A stretch of DNA of 64,000 nt, from assembly GCA_024654625.1 (NCBI GenBank), contig JANLHB010000005.1:7191-71190 (forward strand). The letters run 5' to 3'. Position 1 is the first letter of the stretch, and every line of letters begins with the position of its first letter. The notes under the pieces are model-generated. The model ran no database searches, was not told the DNA's origin, and worked only from the letters and a program-made list of their open reading frames with translations. The position numbers were made by a program, and so were the translations under genes. Source of the stretch: Patescibacteria group bacterium (GTDB taxonomy: Bacteria > Patescibacteriota > Minisyncoccia > GCA-002772825). Below are positions 1 through 10,129 of this stretch, in pieces.

Positions 1-282
1 TCATCTTTAGGCAACACTGAAGAAATTGCACTATTACAAAAATTAATACAATTTCCAAAAGAAATAATGCTAGCAGCCGAAGAATTTAATCCGTCTCGCA
101 TTACTAACCATATTTTTGAAATATCAAGAAGTTTTAATCAATTTTATAACAAACACAAAGTTATATCTGATGATGTACCCCACGAACTAACTGCTGCACG
201 TCTAAATTTTATTCATGCTACGTCCATAGTGTTAAAACAAGGGTTAAACATGATAGGTATTGATGTATTAGAGAGAATGTAA
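1..282 (+). CDS. argS: Arginyl-tRNA synthetase, C-terminal anticodon-binding part (cut by window edge)
   Basis: Frame open from base 1; P-x2-I-x3-IFEISRSFNQFY...ARL...LKQGLNMIGI..LERM is the DALR_1 C-terminus of ArgRS. Confidence 0.85.
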   Translation, partial: SSLGNTEEIALLQKLIQFPKEIMLAAEEFNPSRITNHIFEISRSFNQFYNKHKVISDDVPHELTAARLNFIHATSIVLKQGLNMIGIDVLERM

Positions 283-830
283 TAGGCGACTTCCTTAATG
301 TCTCAAGAATTGAGAGAGGGAAGATAGATTATGAATTTACCAAGTTTGACCTTGGTAAGCTCGTCGACGAACTCTTCGAAGAGTTTAGTCTTAAGATGAA
401 GGAGGAAGGGAAGACGGATCCTAAACTCTACTTTGATACCGAGGTGAAAGGAGAAGTCGTGATAAACGCCGACGAAGGGAAGATCAAGCAAGTCCTCTCC
501 AACCTGATAGATAATTCTATAAAATACACACCTGTCCACCCGAACGGGCCGTCCGGTTTCGTGAAGATTATTTTTACTTTACCTAAAGATAAAGATGTCG
601 CCCTTGTGACTATTAAAGACTCCGGCGCTGGCATGAGCCAAGAAACTATGGGGAGGCTTTTTGATAAGTTCTCTCGGGCAGACAACGCCTCTAAGTTTAA
701 CACTGCCGGTTCCGGCCTCGGCCTCTATGTGGCCAAAGAGTTTATCTCCAAGCACAACGGCCGCCTCTGGGCGGAGAGTGCCGGCGAGGGGAAGGGTAGC
801 ACATTCTTCGTGGAGTTGCCGAAGGGGTAA
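282..830 (+). pseudogene. Histidine kinase 3' fragment (end of HisKA plus complete HATPase_c); array repeat copy 1
   Basis: Reads IGDFLNVSRIERGK..., N box (QVLSNLIDNSIKY), G1 (IKDSGAGM), F box, G2 (GSGLGL), STFFVELP; begins mid-domain at the argS stop with no H-box or sensor. Confidence 0.85.
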
Positions 831-840
831 AAAATAAAAA

Positions 841-3459
841 ATGACAGAAAAATATCAAAATAAGTGGATTGATGAAATAAATGAGGCGCATAAAGCTATT
901 AGCAAAATTTGTGTAAAGACAGATGTGAGAAATTTGTCGTGGCTGAAACGTATTGCAGGGATTGATGCGGTTGGGAAATTTGAGAATCAACAAAAGACAG
1001 GCTCTTTTAAATTTAGGGGTGCTTACAATAGATTAAGACGCAATGATCATTTAAGAAATATAATAGTAGCATCAGCGGGAAATCATGGTTTAGCTATAGC
1101 TGAAGCCGCAAAGATTCTTGGATTAAATGCAACAATCTGTATTCCAACAACAGCAAGTCCTCTAAAGCGTAACAGATTAGCTGCTTACGGGTATTCAATC
1201 GTTCCAATAGGAACTCAGCTTGAGGAGTCAACGATTTATGCGAAAAATGTGGCAGAAAAAAATAATTGGGATTTTATTTCTCCATATAATGATTCTCAAA
1301 TTATACAAGGGCAAGCCAGCGTTGCTTTAGAGTTTCTAGAACAGGTCCCCGATATAGATGTCCTTATTGTTCCAGTTGGAGGGGGAGGATTAATTAGTGG
1401 GGTAGGACTCATAGCAAAACAGATAAAACCGGGGATAAAAATAATCGGAGTTGAAGCAGAATCATATTCTTCAGTAGCGTCTTCGCTTAAAGCGGGTAAA
1501 ATAAAAAAAGTAATTAATTATCCAACTTTTGCTGACGGATTGGCTGTGAATCTTGAAGACCGCAGTATCACTTTCGATATAATAAAACAAATTGCAGATG
1601 ACATAATTTTAGTGAATGAAGAAGAGATAGCCGCCGCAGTGTTGGCATTGCTTTATCATGAGAGTCAATTAGTTGAACCGTCTGGAGCTGTAGGTTTGGC
1701 GGCTGTGATAAGTGGTAAAATCAGAACTGGAGCTAAGATTGGTATTATATTTAGTGGAGGGAATATAACGACTGGGAATCTCACTAAAATAATGAATTTC
1801 CCATTTCAAGATAAAAATTTATTTGATTTTATTAATATACATGGAGAAAAAATCTTACACAAAGTTCCACTAAAGGGTATTGATTTTTCTCTTCAAGGGT
1901 ATAAACAAAGAGGATTTCTTTCAGAAAATCAAGAGCTGGATGCACGAGAAGATATTGAATATTTGACAACAAGATTTGATGAAATAAAGCAGATTGTCCA
2001 CCGTATTCAAAATAGACTGAAAGAATATTTGGATTATTGTAATGTAGAGAAATTGAATGTTGATGAATCTGCGGTGTATACAATAACAAATCTCGAAAGA
2101 AATATTACTGAACTACTTGAACAAAACAAAGTGATAAATTTAAATTCAAATTTATCACCTGTTGAGTATGGTAGGCAGGTTACATCTAAATTACAAGCAT
2201 ATAGGTCACTTCTTCACATGGTGATGGTATCTTCGATGGTGCTTGATTGGAGGTCAGCTTCATATGGTCAGAGTTGGGATACTATGTTTTTCGCTTTGGA
2301 TAGTCAGGGGAATCCGGGGGTTAATTATAATAGATACGAAAGCAATCAATTGATTTCTGTAGAAAGGCAACTAGCTGAAGTATTAGGGCTTAATCAAGAA
2401 GAAATTGGACTTTTAGTAACATCTTCCGGTATGGCGGCTTATAATATTATTGAAGCTTATCTTCAGCGACATGTTTTAAAGCCAGGTGACACTGTATTGA
2501 TTCCCCAATATATATATTTTGAAACTGATGAACAGATATCGAAATTACCAAACATAAATATTAAACGAGCTAATACTCATGATATTAATGAAATATGCAA
2601 CCTCATTAAAAAAAATAAACCCAAGGTCGTTTTTCTTGATCCATTGACAAATACTGTTGAATTGCGTTTGACAGATGTAGGGGCTGTGATTAAACATATC
2701 TCGAAAGAGAATCTTAAAAATGATATCTATTTTGTTGTTGATGGAACAATGATGTCAGGGGAAATAAATCCATTCCCCGCAAGTGGTGCAAATTCTCGCG
2801 TGAAAGTTTTATATTATGATAGTTGCAGTAAATACCTTCAGTTGGGACTTGATATTGCCATGGGTGGGCTTGTCGCCATCCCAGTTGAATTTACCGCATT
2901 ATTTGATCGATTAAGGAGAAATACCGGGACAATTATGTATGATTCAGCTAGTAATATATTTCCAACATATTCACGCGAGATACATAGCAAAAGAATGAGA
3001 AGAATGAGTAGAAATGCGATTTTAATCAGTAATGCTATTAATCGAGATAATGAACTCTCTCGGGTGGTGCGAGTTCATTATCCTAATTTGAAATCACATC
3101 CTGATTATGCGCTGGCAGAGAGGTTTAATTCTGTCGGAGGTTTAGTGACTTTTACTTTTACCGACCCTTTTCTTAATCAGCGTGATTCACTAAATAGTTT
3201 CATAGAGACCGCGTTGTCTGTTGCGAAAAAATATGGTATTTCATTGACAAAAGGTGTAAGTTTTGGATTTTCTCTCCCTAGAATATCAGCGGCAACAGCT
3301 ATGGCAGAAAATTCGCCGCCTTTCTTGAGATTGTCGGCTGGAGACAGATCTTACAATGAAACAACATTACTTGCCGACGCTCTTATCGAAGCCTTTAGAA
3401 ATTATATTCATAGTTTTGATAGCCTTAATGATTGTAATAGTGAGACTTCTTCCTCTTAG
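841..3459 (+). CDS. Fusion of threonine/serine dehydratase (PLP fold II) and Cys/Met-metabolism PLP enzyme (fold I)
   Basis: KFENQQKTGSFKFRGA, ASAGNHG and VPVGGGGL in N-half; SSGMAA, VDGT, DSCSKY and GGLVTF in C-half. Confidence 0.8.
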   Translation: MTEKYQNKWIDEINEAHKAISKICVKTDVRNLSWLKRIAGIDAVGKFENQQKTGSFKFRGAYNRLRRNDHLRNIIVASAGNHGLAIAEAAKILGLNATICIPTTASPLKRNRLAAYGYSIVPIGTQLEESTIYAKNVAEKNNWDFISPYNDSQIIQGQASVALEFLEQVPDIDVLIVPVGGGGLISGVGLIAKQIKPGIKIIGVEAESYSSVASSLKAGKIKKVINYPTFADGLAVNLEDRSITFDIIKQIADDIILVNEEEIAAAVLALLYHESQLVEPSGAVGLAAVISGKIRTGAKIGIIFSGGNITTGNLTKIMNFPFQDKNLFDFINIHGEKILHKVPLKGIDFSLQGYKQRGFLSENQELDAREDIEYLTTRFDEIKQIVHRIQNRLKEYLDYCNVEKLNVDESAVYTITNLERNITELLEQNKVINLNSNLSPVEYGRQVTSKLQAYRSLLHMVMVSSMVLDWRSASYGQSWDTMFFALDSQGNPGVNYNRYESNQLISVERQLAEVLGLNQEEIGLLVTSSGMAAYNIIEAYLQRHVLKPGDTVLIPQYIYFETDEQISKLPNINIKRANTHDINEICNLIKKNKPKVVFLDPLTNTVELRLTDVGAVIKHISKENLKNDIYFVVDGTMMSGEINPFPASGANSRVKVLYYDSCSKYLQLGLDIAMGGLVAIPVEFTALFDRLRRNTGTIMYDSASNIFPTYSREIHSKRMRRMSRNAILISNAINRDNELSRVVRVHYPNLKSHPDYALAERFNSVGGLVTFTFTDPFLNQRDSLNSFIETALSVAKKYGISLTKGVSFGFSLPRISAATAMAENSPPFLRLSAGDRSYNETTLLADALIEAFRNYIHSFDSLNDCNSETSSS

Positions 3460-3495
3460 GATTTTTATTGGAATTATAATTTAATATATTTGTTT

Positions 3496-4035
3496 ATGGA
3501 GAAATCAAATTTTTTTGAAAAACGTATTGAAAGAATGCATAATGCCATAGAAATGGTTCCCACCAAAATTGAAGATATTGATCTTATTGCATCTTGGGAA
3601 TCAAAAGAACCAAATATAATATCTTGGACTAAAGAAAAACATGAATCTATAATAAATAATCCGCAATTCTTACACCTTCTAATTAGTAAGAAAGGTGATA
3701 ATATTGTTCCTGTTGGGTACTCTATTTTGGAAAAGGATTCGCCGGATGAATTGTCTCTAGAGTTTATACGTCTCGTTATATGTGATGAATACAAGAATAA
3801 GGGTTATGGAGTCCTAGCTTTTGAAAATATTTGGGAATTAGCTTTTGATAAATTAAAATATTCTAGAGTTTGGCATGATGTATTTATTGAAAATGAAAAG
3901 GCTATTAATCTTTACGAGAAACTTGGTTATAAAAAATTTAAAACTAGCATTGATTTAACATCCGGTAGAGAGTTGATTTTTTACGAAATGTCTAGCGATG
4001 ATTATTTTTCTAGAGAGAAAGATAATAATTCTTAA
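3496..4035 (+). CDS. GNAT family acetyltransferase
   Basis: YKNKGYG acetyl-CoA motif; N..AINLYEKLGY. Confidence 0.8.
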   Translation: MEKSNFFEKRIERMHNAIEMVPTKIEDIDLIASWESKEPNIISWTKEKHESIINNPQFLHLLISKKGDNIVPVGYSILEKDSPDELSLEFIRLVICDEYKNKGYGVLAFENIWELAFDKLKYSRVWHDVFIENEKAINLYEKLGYKKFKTSIDLTSGRELIFYEMSSDDYFSREKDNNS

Positions 4036-4156
4036 GATATATATTGTGCATAATATCAATATTACGTGGGCCACATTCAATAAGTAATTGCAACTATTAA
4101 TACATAGTGTTATATTTTAATTATTATTAACAGGGCAGAAAATTAAGTAAATTTTT

Positions 4157-6712
4157 ATGGAAAAGCCACCTGATATGCCTAATATCCCCAAAAACTTAAA
4201 CGAAGCGGAAAAAAAAGTTGAAGAAAAAGAAAGATATAATCCTTTTGAAAAAGAAAAATACTGGCAAGATTTCTGGGAAAAGGAAGGTATCTATAAATTT
4301 GATCCTGAGCAACCGGGCCCTCTTTATACTGTAGATACTCCGCCACCAACAATCTCCGGGTCATTGCACCTTGGGCATATTTTTTCTTATACTCAAGCGG
4401 AGGTAATCTCGCGGTTTAAAAGAATGCAAGGGAATAATGTTCGTTATTCTTTTGGTTTTGATAATAATGGTTTGCCAACAGAAAGGTTGGTGGAAAAGGA
4501 ACTTGGGATAAGAGGCGCTAATATGGATTTAGAAGATTTCACAAAAAGCTGCCTTGATATTACGAATAAATATAAACACCTTTATGAAGATCTATGGAAA
4601 TCAATAGGTCTTAGTGTAGACTGGCGACTAGAATATTCCAGTATTTCGCCGGAAGTTCAAAAGAAATCCCAGTCCACTTTTAAGGAGTTATATGAGAGAG
4701 GGGTTATTTATAAAAAAAATGCCCCGGCTCTTTATTGCACAGAGTGTCAGACTTCATTTGCTCAAGCTGAAAAAGAAGATAAAGAAAAAGAAGCTGTTTT
4801 TTATGATTTATCATTTAAGACTGAAGATGATCAGGAATTGATCGTCGCAACAACTCGCCCTGAATTACTGCCCGCATGCAGTGCTGTTTTTGTTAATCCG
4901 GACGATATTAGATTTAAAAACTTAATCGGTAAGAAAGTTATCACTCCCTTGGGAGATGGGGTTGAAATAATGGCTGATGAGAAAGTTGAAAAAGATAAAG
5001 GCTCCGGGGCGGTGATGTGCTGCACCTATGGTGATGAAACAGATATCTATTGGACAAAAAAATATAATTTGAATGAAAAAATCATATTAAACAGATATGG
5101 AAAATTTGAAGATGTAGATGAATTGCCTGACTTGAAAGGGAGGAGAGTAAATGAAGCTAGGAAAATTATCGTTGAAAAATTAAAGTCTGACGGGTTTATA
5201 AAAAAAGAAGAACAGATCAAGCATAATGTTGATGTTCATGAGAGATGCGGTACCCTGGTGGAATTTTTACCGACTACTCAGTGGTTTATGAAAGTACTCG
5301 ATATGAAAGAACGCCTCTTGGATGCGGGAACTCAAATAAAGTGGCATCCTTCATATATGAAGACAAGGTATGAAGATTGGATTAATGGTCTAAAGTGGGA
5401 TTGGTGTATTTCAAGAGAAAGATTTTACGGAATACCAATCCCTGTATTTAGCTGCGATAATTGTGAGAACGTTTTAATCCCAGAGGAAGATCAATTCCCG
5501 ATTGACCCCAAAAAAGAGAAAAATATTCATAATTGTACTGCTTGCGGTGAAGGTAAAATGCTCCCGGAGAAAAATGTCTTGGATACATGGTTTACCTCGT
5601 CTTTATCGCCAGACATAAATAATGACAATCCATTAAATGGCGGATTGAATGGCAAGTTATATCCAATGTCGGTGAGGCCTCAAGCTCACGATATAATTAG
5701 AACATGGGCTGTGTATTCTATCTTGATGGGCTTGTATAAGCATAATGAGATTCCGTGGAGAGATTTAATGATCTCCGGACATATTTTGGTGCAGGAGGGA
5801 GAAAAGATTAGTAAGAAGACCGGTGGAGGAAAATATAAGCCGGAAGAATTAATTGCGACACATTCAGCGGATGCTGTCAGGTATGCGATGTGTGGCGCTT
5901 CGTTAGGCAGAGATTCATATTTTGACGAAAAGGAAGTGAAGAAGGGTAAAAAATTAGTCACTAAAATCTATAATGCCGGCAAGCTGGTGCTTAGTAAACT
6001 GGAAGGATTTGATCCTAAAGTAGAAATAAAAGAAGATGAGCTGGAGGCAATTGACAGGTGGATATTAGACAGATCATTTGAGACGGCAAGTAAGATGTCT
6101 GAATCTTTTGAAAATTATGAATTCAGCCAAGCGCGCCAGATTTTTGAAGACTTTTTTTGGAAAGATTTTTGTGATAATTATTTGGAGATTGTAAAAAGGA
6201 GGCTGGCAATAAAGCCGGACGATAATAAAGAGAAAATGTCAGCGCAATTCACGTCTTACAATTGTTTTCTTAGTGTTATGAAGATGGCTTCTCCTTTTAT
6301 CCCTCATATAACAGAAGAAATGTTCCACGCTCAAACAGTAAAGAAAGAAGATAATGGAGTTGTAAAAGAATCTGTTAGCTCGGAAAGTGGTGGTGGTTAT
6401 TTTTCCAATAATGAAAATATTAAAAGTATACATAGTACTCAGTGGCCATCAACATCACTTGAGTATTCTAATCATGAAAATAATGAAAATGCCAATTTAG
6501 CCTTAGATGTTATCTCAAAAATAAGAAGATTTAAGACTGATAATAAAATAAAATTTGGTACACAAATTACTTTGTTAAAAATAAGATGTCGAGAAGAACA
6601 AAAAAATAAATTAAACGGTTTTTTAGATGATATTACTTCTTTAGCAAAGGCAAATAGTGTTGAAATCGAAATAACAAGTGACGAAGAACTGATTGTAGAG
6701 ATTAGAGTTTAA
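4157..6712 (+). CDS. valS: Valyl-tRNA synthetase (archaeal/actinobacterial-like type)
   Basis: DTPPPTISGSLHLGH, DNNGLPTE, TTRPE editing domain, WCISRER, KISKK (KMSKS-like). Confidence 0.9.
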   Translation: MEKPPDMPNIPKNLNEAEKKVEEKERYNPFEKEKYWQDFWEKEGIYKFDPEQPGPLYTVDTPPPTISGSLHLGHIFSYTQAEVISRFKRMQGNNVRYSFGFDNNGLPTERLVEKELGIRGANMDLEDFTKSCLDITNKYKHLYEDLWKSIGLSVDWRLEYSSISPEVQKKSQSTFKELYERGVIYKKNAPALYCTECQTSFAQAEKEDKEKEAVFYDLSFKTEDDQELIVATTRPELLPACSAVFVNPDDIRFKNLIGKKVITPLGDGVEIMADEKVEKDKGSGAVMCCTYGDETDIYWTKKYNLNEKIILNRYGKFEDVDELPDLKGRRVNEARKIIVEKLKSDGFIKKEEQIKHNVDVHERCGTLVEFLPTTQWFMKVLDMKERLLDAGTQIKWHPSYMKTRYEDWINGLKWDWCISRERFYGIPIPVFSCDNCENVLIPEEDQFPIDPKKEKNIHNCTACGEGKMLPEKNVLDTWFTSSLSPDINNDNPLNGGLNGKLYPMSVRPQAHDIIRTWAVYSILMGLYKHNEIPWRDLMISGHILVQEGEKISKKTGGGKYKPEELIATHSADAVRYAMCGASLGRDSYFDEKEVKKGKKLVTKIYNAGKLVLSKLEGFDPKVEIKEDELEAIDRWILDRSFETASKMSESFENYEFSQARQIFEDFFWKDFCDNYLEIVKRRLAIKPDDNKEKMSAQFTSYNCFLSVMKMASPFIPHITEEMFHAQTVKKEDNGVVKESVSSESGGGYFSNNENIKSIHSTQWPSTSLEYSNHENNENANLALDVISKIRRFKTDNKIKFGTQITLLKIRCREEQKNKLNGFLDDITSLAKANSVEIEITSDEELIVEIRV

Positions 6713-6724
6713 TTTATTTAGACT

Positions 6725-6975
6725 GCCCTCGTGACTATTAAAGACTCCGGCGCTGGCATGAGCCAAGAGACGTTGGATAAAATCTTCGAGAAATTCAACC
6801 GAGCTAAAGATGCCTCCAAGTTCAACACCGAAGGCTCCGGCCTCGGCCTCTACGTGGCTAAAGAGTTCATCGCCAAGCACAACGGCAAGTTGTGGGCGGA
6901 GTCAGCGAGCGTCCCGCCGTGGCGGGATAAAAAGGGAAAGGTAGCACATTCTTCGTGGAGTTGCCGAGGGAGTAG
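6725..6975 (+). repeat. Histidine-kinase 3'-end repeat copy 2, interrupted by palindrome TCCCGCCGTGGCGGGA
   Basis: Matches 600-830 at DNA level (gtgactattaaagactccggcgctggcatgagccaaga ... acattcttcgtggagttgccg). Confidence 0.95.
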
Positions 6976-6980
6976 GGGGG

Positions 6981-7469
6981 ATGATAAATATGTTTTATTT
7001 TATAAAAATTATAAATATTTTAAGAAAAATATATTGGTTTATATTCAGGCCTACCACAATAGGGGTCAGGCTTCTAAATATATACAATAATGAAGTTTTA
7101 CTTGTAAAACATACTTATTCTAGTAGCTGGTATTTACCCGGAGGAGGTGCTAAAAATGGAATAGATATTATAGACTCGCTTAAGAGAGAAATTAAAGAAG
7201 AACTCAATATAGATCTTAACGAAGGTCAATTGAGTAGTGCCGATCTGTTTGGAGTTTATGATAATTTCCAGGAATATAAAAACGATTATATCTTTCTGTT
7301 TATCTTAGATAATTTAAAATTAAATTTAACTAAAGCAAAAAATATTGAAATAGAAGAGGCTGGATATTTCAATATTAATAATCTCCCTGGTAGCATATCT
7401 GCCGGTACAAAAAGAAGAATAAATGAGTTTTTATCAAGAAAAGATAAAGTAATAATAAGTAAGTGGTAG
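6981..7469 (+). CDS. NUDIX hydrolase
   Basis: WYLPGGG...SLKREIKEELNI Nudix box. Confidence 0.8.
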   Translation: MINMFYFIKIINILRKIYWFIFRPTTIGVRLLNIYNNEVLLVKHTYSSSWYLPGGGAKNGIDIIDSLKREIKEELNIDLNEGQLSSADLFGVYDNFQEYKNDYIFLFILDNLKLNLTKAKNIEIEEAGYFNINNLPGSISAGTKRRINEFLSRKDKVIISKW

Positions 7470-8749
7470 AGAAAGAAAATAAAATAAAGGCATTAACTCA
7501 ATACAGAGGATTTACTGTTCTTAAGTCTCTGGAGGCAGCTAGTGAAAGAATAGAAATATTAAAAGATATATTGGGAATTAGTGATAATCTAGAATTATTG
7601 AATATTGCAAAAAACGATCCAGAAAAGATACTTTCAAATCTCGGTAATTTATACGACGCCATAGGACCTCGGTCTATGGGGATCAATCCGACCCCTGTAT
7701 GTAATAGACAGTGTACTTTCTGTTCTAGTAGGCAAAGAAATAAGATAAATATAGAAGATAATATTGAAATAACGGAGGATAAATTAAGGAAAGTTTTTGA
7801 AGATTTTATAAGCATGAAAGGGGGAGGGTGTGTGCTGGTTGGTGGAGGAGAGGCATTATTAGCCTGCAAAGGCAAACTTAATGAAGTTATTAATGATTAT
7901 GATTTATATTATGGATTCAATACAAATGGTGTGAATTTGGATAAATTTACGCATGAAAAATTATTAGAAAAAACAAAATGGGTATCACTCAGTTTAATTG
8001 GACACAATAAAGATACATATAATTCTACAGCTGGATTAGATTCTTCAAGTGGTCAGTTTGATGTATTAAATGATAATCTTAAAAAATATATAGAAATAGC
8101 TGATGATTTAAATAGGGAAGGTAAAAGTCATCCCTATATATCAGCAAAAATATTGATATGTAGAGAGAATTATTTATATTCCGGAGAAATATATAATTAT
8201 GCAAAATATTTAGGATTCAAAGATATTTCCCTGAGATGCGTAAACAATTTTGAAATAGAAGAAGAATATAGAAAGAGAAAAATTATTCCTCAAGATATAG
8301 AGCTAACTAAGAAGGAGAAAGAGCAGATAAAAAGTATATTAACCAAAGAAACCGATTTATCAGAAGAGATAATATTTAATATATTGGGTTTACGGGATAA
8401 AATTAAAAATGATACGGTGGTTATAAACCCTACGCTATGTTGGAATGTAGTATTAGGTTTAATAATAAATTTAGATACAAACGGAGAAGTTTTTCTATGT
8501 AACCCAAGGATAGGAATGGAAAGTTTTAGTATTGGAAACATTAATTCAATGAGTCTAAAAAGTCTTTGGAGTGGTTCTATCCATGTTGATGTTGTTAAAA
8601 AAACTTATAAAACATTTAATAAGGGCGCTTGTGACTTAAGTAAATGTCGACACTTTCGTGTAGATCAAGTTATAGAGCAGTTTTTAGAAGGAAAGATATC
8701 ATTAAAAGATAGAAGTTTCGGTGATAAGCAAATGAGTTTTTTCCCTTAG
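7463..8749 (+). CDS. Radical SAM protein with C-terminal SPASM/twitch domain
   Basis: CNRQCTFC, GGGE, NTNG, C...NGEVFLC...IGNI...LW...C..C. Confidence 0.85.
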   Translation: MVEKENKIKALTQYRGFTVLKSLEAASERIEILKDILGISDNLELLNIAKNDPEKILSNLGNLYDAIGPRSMGINPTPVCNRQCTFCSSRQRNKINIEDNIEITEDKLRKVFEDFISMKGGGCVLVGGGEALLACKGKLNEVINDYDLYYGFNTNGVNLDKFTHEKLLEKTKWVSLSLIGHNKDTYNSTAGLDSSSGQFDVLNDNLKKYIEIADDLNREGKSHPYISAKILICRENYLYSGEIYNYAKYLGFKDISLRCVNNFEIEEEYRKRKIIPQDIELTKKEKEQIKSILTKETDLSEEIIFNILGLRDKIKNDTVVINPTLCWNVVLGLIINLDTNGEVFLCNPRIGMESFSIGNINSMSLKSLWSGSIHVDVVKKTYKTFNKGACDLSKCRHFRVDQVIEQFLEGKISLKDRSFGDKQMSFFP

Positions 8750-8758
8750 AGTTTTTTG

Positions 8759-8955
8759 GAGAAATTCAACCGCGCAGACAACGCCTCCAAGTTCAATACT
8801 GCCGGTTCCGGCCTCGGCCTCTATGTGGCTAAAGCCCCAACACTATCGCTTATCGCGAAAGTGAGGGGTAAAAATTCATCGCCAAGCACAACGGCAAGTT
8901 GTGGGCGGAGTCTGCCGGCGAGGGCAAAGGTAGCACATTCTTCGTGGAGTTGCCG
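8759..8955 (+). repeat. Histidine-kinase 3'-end repeat copy 3 with hairpin insertion at about 8835-8872
   Basis: gagaaattcaaccgcgcagacaacgcctc ... acattcttcgtggagttgccg. Confidence 0.95.
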
Positions 8956-9008
8956 TTAATCTCGACTGGTGTTGAGAAGAAGGGGTAAAATGAGGTATAA
9001 TCTCTATA

Positions 9009-9893
9009 ATGAAATTTGAATTTAGAATCTCAAAATGGGCGAATTTTTATTATTTTGTCCAGAATCTCTCAGAATGGCATTTTAGTAATCGTAAAGATTA
9101 TAATATTTTTTGGAGAGAAAAGCTCAAATCTTTCTCAAAAGATGAGGAATCTGTATTAGAAAAATTTAAAGAGATTAGATTTAAATACCCTAAGACAAAA
9201 AGTTGTTTTGAAAGGGCTTTTTTTCTGTCAGAAAGCCCTTTTGAAGAATTGAATAAATGTTTATCTGAAAGAGAATATTTAACAATGAAGGAAATTTTTA
9301 ATGTTTTAGAGGATAAGTTTGATGCTCTGTATAAAGAAGATGAAGTTCTTCTTAAAAAATGGAAAGATGCATTGAGTGAAGAATCTAATGATAAAAACCT
9401 TATAATAAAAATATTGTCTATATTAAAAATCTTATACAAAAGCAATATTGATACACAAGAAGTTTCTGTCACTCTTTTATTTTCTACTCCTGAGCACATA
9501 GGAGGTGGTGCCAATATAGACCGCAATATGATTAGTCTAGAAGTTTCCCGTTACCCGATAGAAAATATAAATCAAGCCATAGGTATTATTTGGCATGAAA
9601 TAATACATTTGATGTTTCAAGAACGGTATTTTTCATTATTATTGGATTATTTTAAGGAAGATGAGCAGGTAGCTGACCTTGTTAATGAGTTAACCGCTGG
9701 ATCATTATTTCCAAATGGAATTTTAGGTATACGAATATTAAAGAATAAACCATCTACTCAATTATTGCCACAAGTTACCAAAGGGCAAACTATTATGATT
9801 ATTAATTTGGCAAAGGAGTATGTTGAAAAAGGCAGTCAACTGGACAGGAATTTTATCAATAGGTTGATAGATATTATTAAGGAGAAGAATTAA
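9009..9893 (+). CDS. Hypothetical protein with HExxH motif (possible zinc metallopeptidase)
   Basis: WHEIIH plus downstream NE; -10 box GGTATAAT just upstream. Confidence 0.6.
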   Translation: MKFEFRISKWANFYYFVQNLSEWHFSNRKDYNIFWREKLKSFSKDEESVLEKFKEIRFKYPKTKSCFERAFFLSESPFEELNKCLSEREYLTMKEIFNVLEDKFDALYKEDEVLLKKWKDALSEESNDKNLIIKILSILKILYKSNIDTQEVSVTLLFSTPEHIGGGANIDRNMISLEVSRYPIENINQAIGIIWHEIIHLMFQERYFSLLLDYFKEDEQVADLVNELTAGSLFPNGILGIRILKNKPSTQLLPQVTKGQTIMIINLAKEYVEKGSQLDRNFINRLIDIIKEKN

Positions 9894-9894
9894 A

Positions 9895-9936
9895 AAAATG
9901 TCCGTCTGAGAAAATAAATTCTCAAACGGACATTTT
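9895..9936. terminator. Bidirectional terminator hairpin between convergent genes
   Basis: aaaatgtccgtctgagaa / ttctcaaacggacatttt inverted repeat. Confidence 0.7.
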
Positions 9937-9944
9937 GGAGGGGG

Positions 9945-10127
9945 TTAACCGCTTATGTCTCCCCACCCTGGGTCGCCGCCGCCGAGGTCGTCCCAATTAC
10001 CCCATTGGTCATCCCAGCCCTTAACGTCTTGTGCTTCTTGCTCTCGACATTCGCGCGGTGTGGCGTTTATGTCGAGGAGACTCCTTGTCCTTTCAGAAGC
10101 TCCCTTGATTGCGTTTGAGCCTGTCAT
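9945..10127 (-). CDS. Putative RiPP precursor peptide with four W-x-D/N motifs
   Basis: Starts 2 nt after the radical SAM stop with AAGGAG RBS; C-terminus GWDDQWGNWDDLGGGDPGWGDISG. Confidence 0.7.
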   Translation of the reverse strand: MTGSNAIKGASERTRSLLDINATPRECREQEAQDVKGWDDQWGNWDDLGGGDPGWGDISG

Positions 10128-10129
10128 TT

